From: Candidatus Saccharimonadota bacterium
Lineage (GTDB): Archaea; Micrarchaeota; Micrarchaeia; Micrarchaeales; Micrarchaeaceae
NCBI GenBank assembly: GCA_021654395.1
Contig: AP024486.1
Span: 120,001-152,000 of the forward strand
DNA length: 32,000 bases
Reading direction: 5' to 3'
Part shown: piece after piece, positions 1 to 8,332 of the stretch
How the letters are laid out: every line of letters begins with the position of its first letter
Position numbering within the stretch: position 1 is the first letter of the stretch
Position numbers and translations under genes: made by a program
The notes under the pieces: model-generated
What the model was told of the DNA's origin: nothing
Database searches by the model: none
The model's input: only the letters and a program-made list of their open reading frames with translations

Positions 1-208
1 TTGGTGTTGCATCTATAGCATAAGATATCTTCTTTATAGAATCTGCCTCATCTATCTTTATTGAATCTATATTATCAACTAGCTTTATTAGTAGCGTCTG
101 GGCACCATCTTTTGCTATGTATGTAAAGCATGCATGCAATCCACTTACATCTATAACTGTATCGAAGCGATCCTCTAATATCACCTTTAACTTATCCAAG
201 TGCATCAT
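1..208 (-). CDS. hypothetical protein, N-terminal part only (continues beyond left edge)
   Basis: Not in the ORF track. The reverse strand from 208 reads MMHLDKLKVILEDRFDTVIDVSGLHACFTYIAKDGAQTLLIKLVDNIDSIKIDEADSIKKISYAIDATP with no stop up to position 1. Its ATG (208-206) overlaps the TGA (207-205) of the upstream radical-SAM gene (ATGA coupling). No family recognised. Confidence 0.4.
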   Translation of the reverse strand, partial: MMHLDKLKVILEDRFDTVIDVSGLHACFTYIAKDGAQTLLIKLVDNIDSIKIDEADSIKKISYAIDATP

Positions 209-1272
209 ATAACACTCTTTATTATATTATCTATTATTGATTGATATGCTTCGCATGCAGTCCAGCTCTTTGGCTCTTTTCCATTATCAATCATTCTTAA
301 TGCTTCTTTGGCCTTATCTGATCTTAGTATACTCAGTAAAGAGTAGTTACTATCTCTTAGATTGCCTAAGACGAGACCCCACATTATAGATGGATATACA
401 TTTCCATAGCTATCTATAAAGATAGAGGATCTTATGCTTCTAGCAGGTAATGGTGGCCTTCCAGTCCTTACAAAATCTATTAGCTTTCTAGTAAATATAG
501 AATCTATATACACAACTGGATCTAGTCTACTCTTTCTACTTCTTATAAACTTAGAGATCTGATCTATAACAACAGGATCATTTACAGGAATAGATACATT
601 ATCATCATTATTTCTATAATAATGCTCCGATATCTGCGCAACATTTATATGAAATCTATCATAGTCTACCCATGGGAGCTCCCTCTTAACCTCTTCTATG
701 GTCTTGATAAGCTCTGACTTATTTAGACTGCTTATTGTATATCCAAAAACAAATGAGAATCTATTATCGCTATCTTCTATAGACTTTAACTCTCTTGCTA
801 ACTCTATAACTCTATCATAATTACCTTTTATACCCCTTATCTTATCATGAAGATCTCTATAGCCATCTAAGCTTAATGTTATTACTACCTTTGGTATCTT
901 GAGCTCTAAGAACTGCTTTACAGATTTTACTATGAAGTTCTTATTAACTAGAGAGTTTGTAGGCATATTTATTAGAAATAGCTTGCTCTGTGTCTCTTTT
1001 ATTGATTTAACTATATCTACTATATCGCTTCTTAGAAATGGCTCGCCACCAGTAATCTCTACCCATCTAAAGAATCTATTACGCTCAAAGATCTCTCTAA
1101 TCTCTTCAGTAGAGAGCTCATTCTTAGGCTTTAGCTGCCATATATTACATGTCAAGCATCTTGATTGACATCTATAAGTTACTGCAAAGTTTAGCTTGTA
1201 TGGTAAAGAATTAAATCTGAGATTAGTCTTTATTAGTAATGGCAAGCCGTTCTTAAGCATAACACTATTCAT
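205..1272 (-). CDS. radical SAM domain protein (function unassigned)
   Basis: 355 aa with an ATG start. Has the N-terminal CxxxCxxC cluster motif 'YRCQSRCLTCNIW' and the 'ITGGEPFL' SAM-binding motif. The C-terminus is Cys-poor ('WTACEAY'), so at most a degenerate twitch/SPASM-like extension. Confidence 0.8.
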   Translation of the reverse strand: MNSVMLKNGLPLLIKTNLRFNSLPYKLNFAVTYRCQSRCLTCNIWQLKPKNELSTEEIREIFERNRFFRWVEITGGEPFLRSDIVDIVKSIKETQSKLFLINMPTNSLVNKNFIVKSVKQFLELKIPKVVITLSLDGYRDLHDKIRGIKGNYDRVIELARELKSIEDSDNRFSFVFGYTISSLNKSELIKTIEEVKRELPWVDYDRFHINVAQISEHYYRNNDDNVSIPVNDPVVIDQISKFIRSRKSRLDPVVYIDSIFTRKLIDFVRTGRPPLPARSIRSSIFIDSYGNVYPSIMWGLVLGNLRDSNYSLLSILRSDKAKEALRMIDNGKEPKSWTACEAYQSIIDNIIKSVI

Positions 1273-1400
1273 CTTAAGCTCATCCGAATCTCTATCACTA
1301 TTTACTATTATTAGATATTTAAATCTTTTTTATATATCTGATTTAGCTTATAAAAAGCAGATATTTAAAATAATCATAACTAATTTATCTACTGATATAC

Positions 1401-2543
1401 ATGAATCTATTAGGCGACTCTATTAACTTAAATGCAGGATTAATAAAAGAGGTGCCAATAGTCGATTACGAAGAGCCACTTGTTAGATATACAGAAAAGC
1501 TATTTAATCAAAAGGCATTGATTGTTACTGATTCTAAAGGCTATTATGGAATTGTTGACTCTAGAAGTATAATAAGAAGAGGCCTCAAGCTTAAGATAAA
1601 TGAAAAGTCTAGAATAGGTAAGTTTGCGATTAACGCACCGCTCTTATCTGAGTTCTCAACTGTTAATAATCTGTTAAACTACTTTTATAAATATAAGCTA
1701 AATGCATTTGCATATAGCGATAACAATAAGATACTTGGCGTTGTAGATAAGTATATAGCAATGAGAGTAATGCTATCTCTAAAGCTACTAAGCGGCTTAA
1801 AAGTAAAGGATATTATGAGCTCCCCAGTAGTAGCCATAACAGAGAATGAAACATTAGGCTTCGCTATAAAAACAATGAATGAAAGAGCCATTCATAGATT
1901 AATAGTATATGTAGATAATTCTAGCAGATATGGATTAATAACTTATACTGATATAATAAGAAGCTTCCTGAATATTACATCAAGGGCTGTTGAGATCAGA
2001 TCATCAACTAGAAATATAAAGAATGAGAAGGTTGGGAGATTTGCAGTTACAAGTGTATATACGATAAGCTCTAATAGTGATATCGATACTGCTATTAGAG
2101 AGATGGTAGAGAAGAATATATCTTCGTTAGTAGTAGATGATGGTAAAGGCCCGATAGGAATTATCTCGTTTACAGATCTGGTGAAAGCATATATAAATAG
2201 CAAGAATGAAGAGAATAACAATATAATAGTATCTGGCTTAGATAAGCTAACGTATGATTACGAAGATTATATTAAAGAAGAGCTCGGTAGATTTAAGCTT
2301 AAGATAGAGAGATTAGAGAAAGTGAAAGTTAAAGAGATAAACTTACATATAAAGGCAAATAAGAGAAAGCTTTATGAGATAGTACTAAGGGCTAAACTGG
2401 AGAATGGTAGGGTAGAGAGCGTTTATAAGACAGGATATCTGCTAGAGAATCTGCTCAATCAAGCATTAGATACATTAAAGAATAAGATACTTAAGAATGA
2501 AGATAGGCTTGTTGAGATTGTAAGAAGTGATAGATCTGAGTAA
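1401..2543 (+). CDS. four-CBS-domain protein with C-terminal HPF/RaiA-like (beta-alpha-beta-beta-beta-alpha) domain
   Basis: 380 aa with an ATG start. Four CBS-like repeats, e.g. 'VKDIMSSPVVAITENETLGFAIKTMNERAIHRLIVY..GLITYTDIIRSF' and 'VGRFAVTSVYTISSNSDIDTAIREMVEKNISSLVVDDGKGPIGIISFTDLVKAY'. Residues ~274-366 resemble bacterial HPF by eye (see findings). Confidence 0.75.
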   Translation: MNLLGDSINLNAGLIKEVPIVDYEEPLVRYTEKLFNQKALIVTDSKGYYGIVDSRSIIRRGLKLKINEKSRIGKFAINAPLLSEFSTVNNLLNYFYKYKLNAFAYSDNNKILGVVDKYIAMRVMLSLKLLSGLKVKDIMSSPVVAITENETLGFAIKTMNERAIHRLIVYVDNSSRYGLITYTDIIRSFLNITSRAVEIRSSTRNIKNEKVGRFAVTSVYTISSNSDIDTAIREMVEKNISSLVVDDGKGPIGIISFTDLVKAYINSKNEENNNIIVSGLDKLTYDYEDYIKEELGRFKLKIERLEKVKVKEINLHIKANKRKLYEIVLRAKLENGRVESVYKTGYLLENLLNQALDTLKNKILKNEDRLVEIVRSDRSE

Positions 2544-2997
2544 CTTAAGGCTTCAAGCAAGCTTAGAGCTATTAATAACATTAAGCTTTGGTTTAGTTAT
2601 ACTCATACCAATTATAGGCTTTGCCTTAGTGCAAGTTGCAAATGCTAATTATAATCTAGAGGCCTTAGAAGCGCAGCAAGCAGCGCAAGCGATTGCAAAT
2701 ACGGCAACTCTCGTATATCAAGAGGGATATCCTGCTAAGAGCGTAGTAGAGATATATGTACCTCCAGGTGTAGAGAATATATATGTAGGCAGTACAAATG
2801 GTAACTATGGCCACTTTATAATCTTTCAGCTCTACTCAATCTTAGGGCCAGACTATGTTAGCGCTTATACAACAGCAAATATAACAGGATATCTAGGAAA
2901 TATAGTTCAGCAGGGCTCATATCTGGTTAGTATAGAAGCAAATAGCAGCTGCTCTTTCACTCAGAATAAGCTCTGTGTAGTTATAAGCTCTTCTTAG
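2527..2997 (+). CDS. type IV pilin-like protein with class III (DUF361-like) signal peptide
   Basis: 156 aa. The only upstream in-frame start is GTG at 2527, 17 nt inside the preceding gene. The N-terminus 'MIDLSNLRL/QASLELLITLSFGLVILIPIIGFALV' matches the archaeal prepilin QxSxE + hydrophobic helix pattern. The rest is a Ser/Asn/Tyr-rich extracellular domain with 2 Cys near the C-terminus. Confidence 0.55.
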   Translation: MIDLSNLRLQASLELLITLSFGLVILIPIIGFALVQVANANYNLEALEAQQAAQAIANTATLVYQEGYPAKSVVEIYVPPGVENIYVGSTNGNYGHFIIFQLYSILGPDYVSAYTTANITGYLGNIVQQGSYLVSIEANSSCSFTQNKLCVVISSS

Positions 2998-3003
2998 ATT
3001 TTT

Positions 3004-3020
3004 AGAAAGCTTAATATATT
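3004..3020 (+). promoter_or_regulatory. BRE/TATA-like box upstream of the small helical protein/KaiC-like cluster
   Basis: 'AGAAAGCTTAATATATT' matches the window's recurrent RAAAG(C/T)TTAA(A/T) pattern. It lies ~25-30 nt upstream of ATG 3042, which would imply a near-leaderless transcript. Confidence 0.3.
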
Positions 3021-3041
3021 TGATATATGTAATTTAAATTG

Positions 3042-3308
3042 ATGCAGATGAAAGATAGTAACTTTATAGATAAGTTAGTTAGTGAGGGTAAGATACATAC
3101 TGCTGCATGGATATGTAAAACAAGAGGAGAGCTATTTAATGATCCAGAATACTACAATAAGGCAGGAGAGATCTTTGAAAGCATATACAAGAATTTGATA
3201 GAGTCTAAAAATGAGGAGGCTATACATTATCTAGAGCATGCCATTGAATGCTATATTAATGCAAATAACAAAGAGAAGGCCGAGTCATTGAGACTATATA
3301 GGAGATGA
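3042..3308 (+). CDS. small all-helical protein, TPR/MIT-like hairpin
   Basis: The track ORF starts at TTG 3039; ATGs follow at 3042 and 3048. The segment 'KNEEAIHYLEHAIECYINANNKEKAESLRLY' resembles TPR/MIT helical-hairpin signatures (compare Vps4 MIT 'YEEALQLYQHAVQYFL'). No specific family assigned. Confidence 0.45.
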   Translation: MQMKDSNFIDKLVSEGKIHTAAWICKTRGELFNDPEYYNKAGEIFESIYKNLIESKNEEAIHYLEHAIECYINANNKEKAESLRLYRR

Positions 3309-3314
3309 TACTAG

Positions 3315-4028
3315 ATGATATCTACAGGAATTGAGGGTCTGGATCGCCTACTCGGAGGTGGAATACCAGAGAATAACCAGGTCCTTCTAAGTGGAGGTCC
3401 TGGAGCTGGTAAGACATTGCTTGCATTCAATATAGCGTATAACTTATCAAAGAAAGGAATAAACTCTGGTTTTATATGCTTAGATGAAGAGTCTAGCATG
3501 CTTCTGAGAAATGTTAAAGCAACTTTTACTAATATAAAAGATATAGACGATTTAATAAATAGCAAGAAGCTCGCTGTTATAAAGTCAGATATCTACTCTA
3601 AAGCCATACAGAATACTGAGCATATATATAAGATAAATGATATAATAGGAGAGTTAACATCTATAATATCTTCTAATAGAGATATAAGATTTCTAGTTAT
3701 AGACTCTCTAACTACATTAAGATTTATATTTGCAGAAGATAGAGAGTTTAGGAAGGCGTTAGTGACAATACTGTCATTCATAAGAAGAAATAATATAATT
3801 GGTCTGTTTACCTCTGAGATGTACACCTCTGAAAGAAAAGATCTAAGATTTAACGAAGAGTTCTTTATATTTGACGATATATTAACAATGTATCTTAATA
3901 CTGAAAGCAATAGAAGAATGCCATTGATAGAGGTTATTAAGAGCAGAGGTACAAGGCATCAGTGGGTAGCTGTACCTTATGAGATAACCCCATTTGGTGT
4001 AAATGTAATTGCAGAGCAAGAGGATTAG
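3315..4028 (+). CDS. KaiC-like / RecA-superfamily ATPase (COG0467-type, single domain)
   Basis: 237 aa. 'GIEGLDRLLGGGIPENNQVLLSGGPGAGKTLLAFNIA' carries Walker A, 'ICLDEESSMLL' is KaiC-type, and 'RFLVIDSLTTL' is Walker B. GGAG lies 11 nt upstream of the ATG. Confidence 0.8.
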   Translation: MISTGIEGLDRLLGGGIPENNQVLLSGGPGAGKTLLAFNIAYNLSKKGINSGFICLDEESSMLLRNVKATFTNIKDIDDLINSKKLAVIKSDIYSKAIQNTEHIYKINDIIGELTSIISSNRDIRFLVIDSLTTLRFIFAEDREFRKALVTILSFIRRNNIIGLFTSEMYTSERKDLRFNEEFFIFDDILTMYLNTESNRRMPLIEVIKSRGTRHQWVAVPYEITPFGVNVIAEQED

Positions 4029-5004
4029 AGAGAGTCGCTTACTATCAAACAAGGTAGCTATATCTGCTATAATATTATTAGTAGTAATAGCATTACTGCT
4101 TAATCTATTTATAACGTCAGGAAGTATCGCTCAGCAGTGTCAGCACAAGATAGGCTCTGCTACGTACTTATGCTTTGAGAATGCTGCAGAGTATAACTCT
4201 AACGCTTCTTATTGCTTATATATAAAAAATTCTAGCTACTTTTATAACTGCATATACGGAGCCGCCTCAAATATAGATAGCTGTTACCATCTAAATGGCT
4301 CTCTAAGAGATATATGCATATATGATAACTTCAATCAGAGCTATAATGTATCTGACTGTTCATTACTAGGTAATAACTCTGCAGGATGCTACTATAGATA
4401 TATGCTGTTAAGTGGGGATACTAGCTACTGTAAGTATATAGAGAATAGTAACTACTCATACTTATGCAACTCTATAACTTATTATAAGGATGCCATATTA
4501 TATAGAAACTCTAGCTACTGTAGCTTAATAAACAACTCTGCAGTAATAAGGTATCTTATACTAAGGCAGGGCTACGGCTCTTACTTATCTCCATATCTCA
4601 TATATAATATATCAAACAGAGATGCTTGTCTTATATCTATTGGTTATACCTATCATAATTCTAGCTACTGCTCTTATATAAGCAATCAGTACGCAGCACT
4701 TTACTGTAAAGATTATTTGAATAGTAGTATACAGAATCTCTCTTTAAGCAATTTGAGTAGAGAGATATCGCAGTGCCAATCTAGTCTTTCAAGCTATGGA
4801 ATATCAGATACCACACTTTACTGTAGCTATCCTATATATACTGATTATGCAATAAAGGAGAAGAATATAACGGCATGTAACGACATAAGTAATGCAACTC
4901 TAGTAGACCTATGCGTATACTTTTATAGCTACTATTATAAGAATACTAGCTACTGTAGCTTAATAAAGAATAGCAGTTTATATTCTAATTGTACTAATAT
5001 ATAG
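4009..5004 (+). CDS. membrane-anchored Cys-rich repeat glycoprotein (unknown function)
   Basis: 331 aa. TTG start at 4009 overlaps the KaiC-like gene by 20 nt. N-terminal 'KRIRESRLLSNK' is followed by the TM helix 'VAISAIILLVVIALLLNLFI'. My count gives 20 Cys and 19 N-x-S/T sequons. Four copies of 'SYC-xx-I-x-N-x6-C', with matching DNA repeats of 'CTAGCTACTG'. Confidence 0.65.
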   Translation: MQSKRIRESRLLSNKVAISAIILLVVIALLLNLFITSGSIAQQCQHKIGSATYLCFENAAEYNSNASYCLYIKNSSYFYNCIYGAASNIDSCYHLNGSLRDICIYDNFNQSYNVSDCSLLGNNSAGCYYRYMLLSGDTSYCKYIENSNYSYLCNSITYYKDAILYRNSSYCSLINNSAVIRYLILRQGYGSYLSPYLIYNISNRDACLISIGYTYHNSSYCSYISNQYAALYCKDYLNSSIQNLSLSNLSREISQCQSSLSSYGISDTTLYCSYPIYTDYAIKEKNITACNDISNATLVDLCVYFYSYYYKNTSYCSLIKNSSLYSNCTNI

Positions 5005-5006
5005 CT

Positions 5007-6305
5007 ATGACTGAGCTTATATTAAATATAAATACAAGCAATGGATTAGCCTTAAAGGTCGATGAAAGATTAAGATATACCTATTCTAATGAGATATTAA
5101 CATATAATCAAGATTATATTAATATTAGCAGTATTATAGATAACAAGATTAATAAATTAGTTATTAGCGAGCGTATCGGGCTGTTACTAAGACGTTTTGG
5201 TATTAGACTAGAGAATAACTTTATTAATGCTCTATTAGATGCCTCTAAGCTTATAGCTAGAAAGCTTCTCTATGGCGCCCCAATAGTAGTTAGAATGCAT
5301 AATGACTGCGATGGCTTCTCTGGTGCATTTGCAATATTTAAACTAGCAGAGAAGATCTTCAATACCGATAAGATAAGGCACATAAGCTTTAGAGCGAATA
5401 GCTCAATAAGCTATAGTCTAGAGAGCTTTAACTATGATAAAAGCTTCTTGCAGCTATTTAGATCTATTGAGAAACCGCTTATAATTCTTATAGACTTTGG
5501 TAGCACTAAAGAGACGATAGACATAATTAGAGGTAATACAAGCATAGATTTTATTATTATAGATCATCATCCTTACGATATTGATATAGAAGGTATAAGA
5601 ATTATAAATAGCTACACTGCAATTAATGATAATAGCATAACGGCCGGCTTTATGACGGCACTAATAGCCTATATTATAGAGGAGCTTGACGTATATGATA
5701 TAATAAATTCCTCATTTATAAGTGATCATAGCAGATATGCGCTATATAACGATCATTCAGAGAAGTTAGCTTATGTTATTGATTATATGATGAATAACAA
5801 GTCAATAGATTACAGCTTTTATAAGATAGCTGATACTATTCAGAGTAATGAGACGACTGAAAGCCTTTATAAGGATATAATAAGAAAGGTTAATGAGGTA
5901 GTGACACTTGCTGAGAAAGAGGGCAGCTTAATTCAGCTTAGAAATCTTAGTATATTTATATTAGATTTAAATAGATTCGATTCTAAGCATAGATATGATT
6001 ATCCCAAGCTTGGAAAGCTAACATCTTATCTATCTATAGACCTAGAGAAGAAGTATAGTAGCGTATTGACAATAGCGTATAAGAGGAAGAGTATAAGTAT
6101 CAGAATCTCTGAATCTGCTGGAAGGGTTGTAGATCTTAGATATATAAAAGATAAGCTAAAACATAGTGATATCGTTAGTATTGGAGGACATATGCAAGCA
6201 GGCAGTATAATATGTAGATCTGATGAAGCTACTGAAGAGGTAGTAGATTCTCTAGTAGATCTTATATCACAGAGGGATCTCTCTATTAGTATGTATAATA
6301 GTTAA
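5007..6305 (+). CDS. DHH/DHHA1 phosphoesterase, archaeal RecJ/Cdc45(GAN)-like
   Basis: 432 aa. Motif I 'HNDCDGFSGAFAI', motif II 'LIILIDFGS', motif III 'IIIDHHPY', motif IV-like 'ITAGFMTALIAY', and DHHA1 'IGGHMQAGSI'. Confidence 0.75.
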   Translation: MTELILNINTSNGLALKVDERLRYTYSNEILTYNQDYINISSIIDNKINKLVISERIGLLLRRFGIRLENNFINALLDASKLIARKLLYGAPIVVRMHNDCDGFSGAFAIFKLAEKIFNTDKIRHISFRANSSISYSLESFNYDKSFLQLFRSIEKPLIILIDFGSTKETIDIIRGNTSIDFIIIDHHPYDIDIEGIRIINSYTAINDNSITAGFMTALIAYIIEELDVYDIINSSFISDHSRYALYNDHSEKLAYVIDYMMNNKSIDYSFYKIADTIQSNETTESLYKDIIRKVNEVVTLAEKEGSLIQLRNLSIFILDLNRFDSKHRYDYPKLGKLTSYLSIDLEKKYSSVLTIAYKRKSISIRISESAGRVVDLRYIKDKLKHSDIVSIGGHMQAGSIICRSDEATEEVVDSLVDLISQRDLSISMYNS

Positions 6306-7503
6306 GTAGATAGTCTATATTCTTCTCATCCATACCGAACTGCTGCTTTAACTGATTCATATCAATCTTGGAGTACTTTATAGCCTTTATATATATAGGT
6401 ATTATCTGTCTCTCTATATCCTCTATACTCATATGTATCTTATCCTTAAGCCTTGCAGCTATGGCGTCTAAGGCCTCTTTAGATGCCCTATTCGCAGATA
6501 TACTGCTTATTATCTTAGGGTATCTATATAAGCTACTACTTATCTCTGAGGAGCTCTCTAATCTTGCTCTAAGTATGCTACTGAAGATAAATATAGAGGC
6601 GTATCTGTAAAGGTAGAAGTACTGTCTCTTCGCTGTGCTGCTTATATATGCGGTGCCTTCAGCTAATGTCTGATAGGCAGTATATATTGCATTAATATTA
6701 TGTAGCTTTACTGGTATGTTTTCAGCGATCCAGTTAATTAAAGGTGTGTAATCGCTATCGTTGTATAGATTTATAGCATTAATTGCACTGCTTAGTGTAT
6801 TACTATAGAATATTCTGTCTAGTAGCTTAAATATCTCTATATCTCTATTTCTATATCCTATAGAATCTAGCTCCTCCTTACTAGAGGCATTTAAGCTAAA
6901 TAGATCTATTATCGCTGCCCTTAGATCTCCACCAGACTGCATAGCTATGCTCTCTATTATATCGTTATCAGCATTAAGCTTAAATCTATCTTTTAGATAG
7001 TATAATCTTTGCTTCACATCTTCTATGCTTAGCCTCTTGAACTCTACAGCTTCAACTTTAGATCTTAATATATATATGCTCTTATCCCATAGATCATTGG
7101 CTGTCATTATTACTGGAAGCTTTCTCTCTTCTATTAGATCTATTATGGCTTGTTGTGCTGCTCTATCTATACTGCCTACTAACTCATCTATCTCATCAAA
7201 TAGTGCTATATTCTTACTTTTGAATATACCCTTCGGGGATGCATTTGCTATAAATCTCTCTATCGCGTCTCTGCTTCTATTATCAGAAGAGCTCATCTCT
7301 AATATATTAAAGCCATAATCTTTTGCCATAGCGTATACTGATGCCGTCTTTCCAGTTCCGGGAGGACCATATAGTAGCAAAGGCTTTGGAATCTTATCTT
7401 TACTTACATCCTCCGCAAATCTTCTAAGTGCGTATACTGCTGCTTTCTGACCTACTAGCTCATTAAGACTTGATAGCTCAAGCATCTTATTTAATAGATC
7501 CAT
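6286..7503 (-). CDS. rfcL: replication factor C large subunit
   Basis: 405 aa. 'LLLYGPPGTGKTASVYAMAKDYGFNILEMSSSDNRS' (Walker A), 'ALFDEIDEL' (Walker B), 'SGGDLRAAI' (RFC sensor-2 box). The 3' end overlaps the convergent DHH gene by 20 nt. Confidence 0.82.
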   Translation of the reverse strand: MDLLNKMLELSSLNELVGQKAAVYALRRFAEDVSKDKIPKPLLLYGPPGTGKTASVYAMAKDYGFNILEMSSSDNRSRDAIERFIANASPKGIFKSKNIALFDEIDELVGSIDRAAQQAIIDLIEERKLPVIMTANDLWDKSIYILRSKVEAVEFKRLSIEDVKQRLYYLKDRFKLNADNDIIESIAMQSGGDLRAAIIDLFSLNASSKEELDSIGYRNRDIEIFKLLDRIFYSNTLSSAINAINLYNDSDYTPLINWIAENIPVKLHNINAIYTAYQTLAEGTAYISSTAKRQYFYLYRYASIFIFSSILRARLESSSEISSSLYRYPKIISSISANRASKEALDAIAARLKDKIHMSIEDIERQIIPIYIKAIKYSKIDMNQLKQQFGMDEKNIDYLLNYYTY

Positions 7504-7567
7504 ACTATCATCTATAAGCTAAATATTAAATTTTTTAATACTATTATTATTAACATTTAATGATTTA

Positions 7568-8317
7568 ATGAACAAAAAGATTTCATTAATAGGTCTTGCA
7601 ATAATAATAATATCGTTATTAATAGGTGGCTTAGAGTTTAATAGCGCCTTTAGTAACATACAGAGCAGCCTTATATCAAACAGTACAACTATTCTAAGTA
7701 AGTTCAGTTTAATAAATGGAATGCATTACTATATTATAAATATAACTGCTCCTTCTAATGTTACTGCTTATAGCTTATTTATAGCTGGAAATCATCCATA
7801 TACATATTACATCTCTGATATACCAAATAGTACAGTAAGCTCTATAATCTCTCAACCGCTTAAAGCAGGTAACTTGAGCTATCTTGGTACAAGTAATATA
7901 ACCTATATAGAAAAGCTTGCAGCCAACTCAAGCTTAAGCGGCATAATAAGCAGATATATAAACAGCAGCGCAGTAAATAGCTCTAATGTGTATTATACTC
8001 TAGCTGTATTAACAAATGTGGTACAAGGATACCGTATACTAATAGTAAACAATTATACTGGTCTATCTATATTATATATAAATGCCAAGAGGATTAACGT
8101 AAGCAGCTCTGCAGCTACAGGTATGCTAATATCTGGAGCAGGATTCTTCATAGGCATTATAGTTGCTGTAGCAGGAATATTTGTAAAGGGAGATAATAAA
8201 GATGAGGATAAGATAAATAAAAATATAAAGAGCAGTAATAAGAGTATAGATGAGCTATATAAAAGATACTCAACAGGTAGCAGGAGTAAGAAGTCTAACA
8301 AATCCAAAAAGGGCTAA
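7568..8317 (+). CDS. type-I-like membrane glycoprotein, unknown function
   Basis: 249 aa. N-terminal signal/TM 'ISLIGLAIIIISLLIGG', an ectodomain with 11 N-x-S/T sequons (my count), C-terminal TM 'GAGFFIGIIVAVAGIFV', and a Lys/Ser-rich tail. Confidence 0.6.
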   Translation: MNKKISLIGLAIIIISLLIGGLEFNSAFSNIQSSLISNSTTILSKFSLINGMHYYIINITAPSNVTAYSLFIAGNHPYTYYISDIPNSTVSSIISQPLKAGNLSYLGTSNITYIEKLAANSSLSGIISRYINSSAVNSSNVYYTLAVLTNVVQGYRILIVNNYTGLSILYINAKRINVSSSAATGMLISGAGFFIGIIVAVAGIFVKGDNKDEDKINKNIKSSNKSIDELYKRYSTGSRSKKSNKSKKG

Positions 8318-8332
8318 AGACTCTGTGGGATT

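Noticed and set aside
3315-4028. Calling the ATPase RadB or archaellum ArlH/FlaH
   Set aside because: The 'LDEES' block after Walker A and the overall pattern fit generic KaiC-like COG0467 proteins. No archaellum genes (arlB/I/J) are adjacent. RadB cannot be excluded without a phylogeny, so the generic call is kept.
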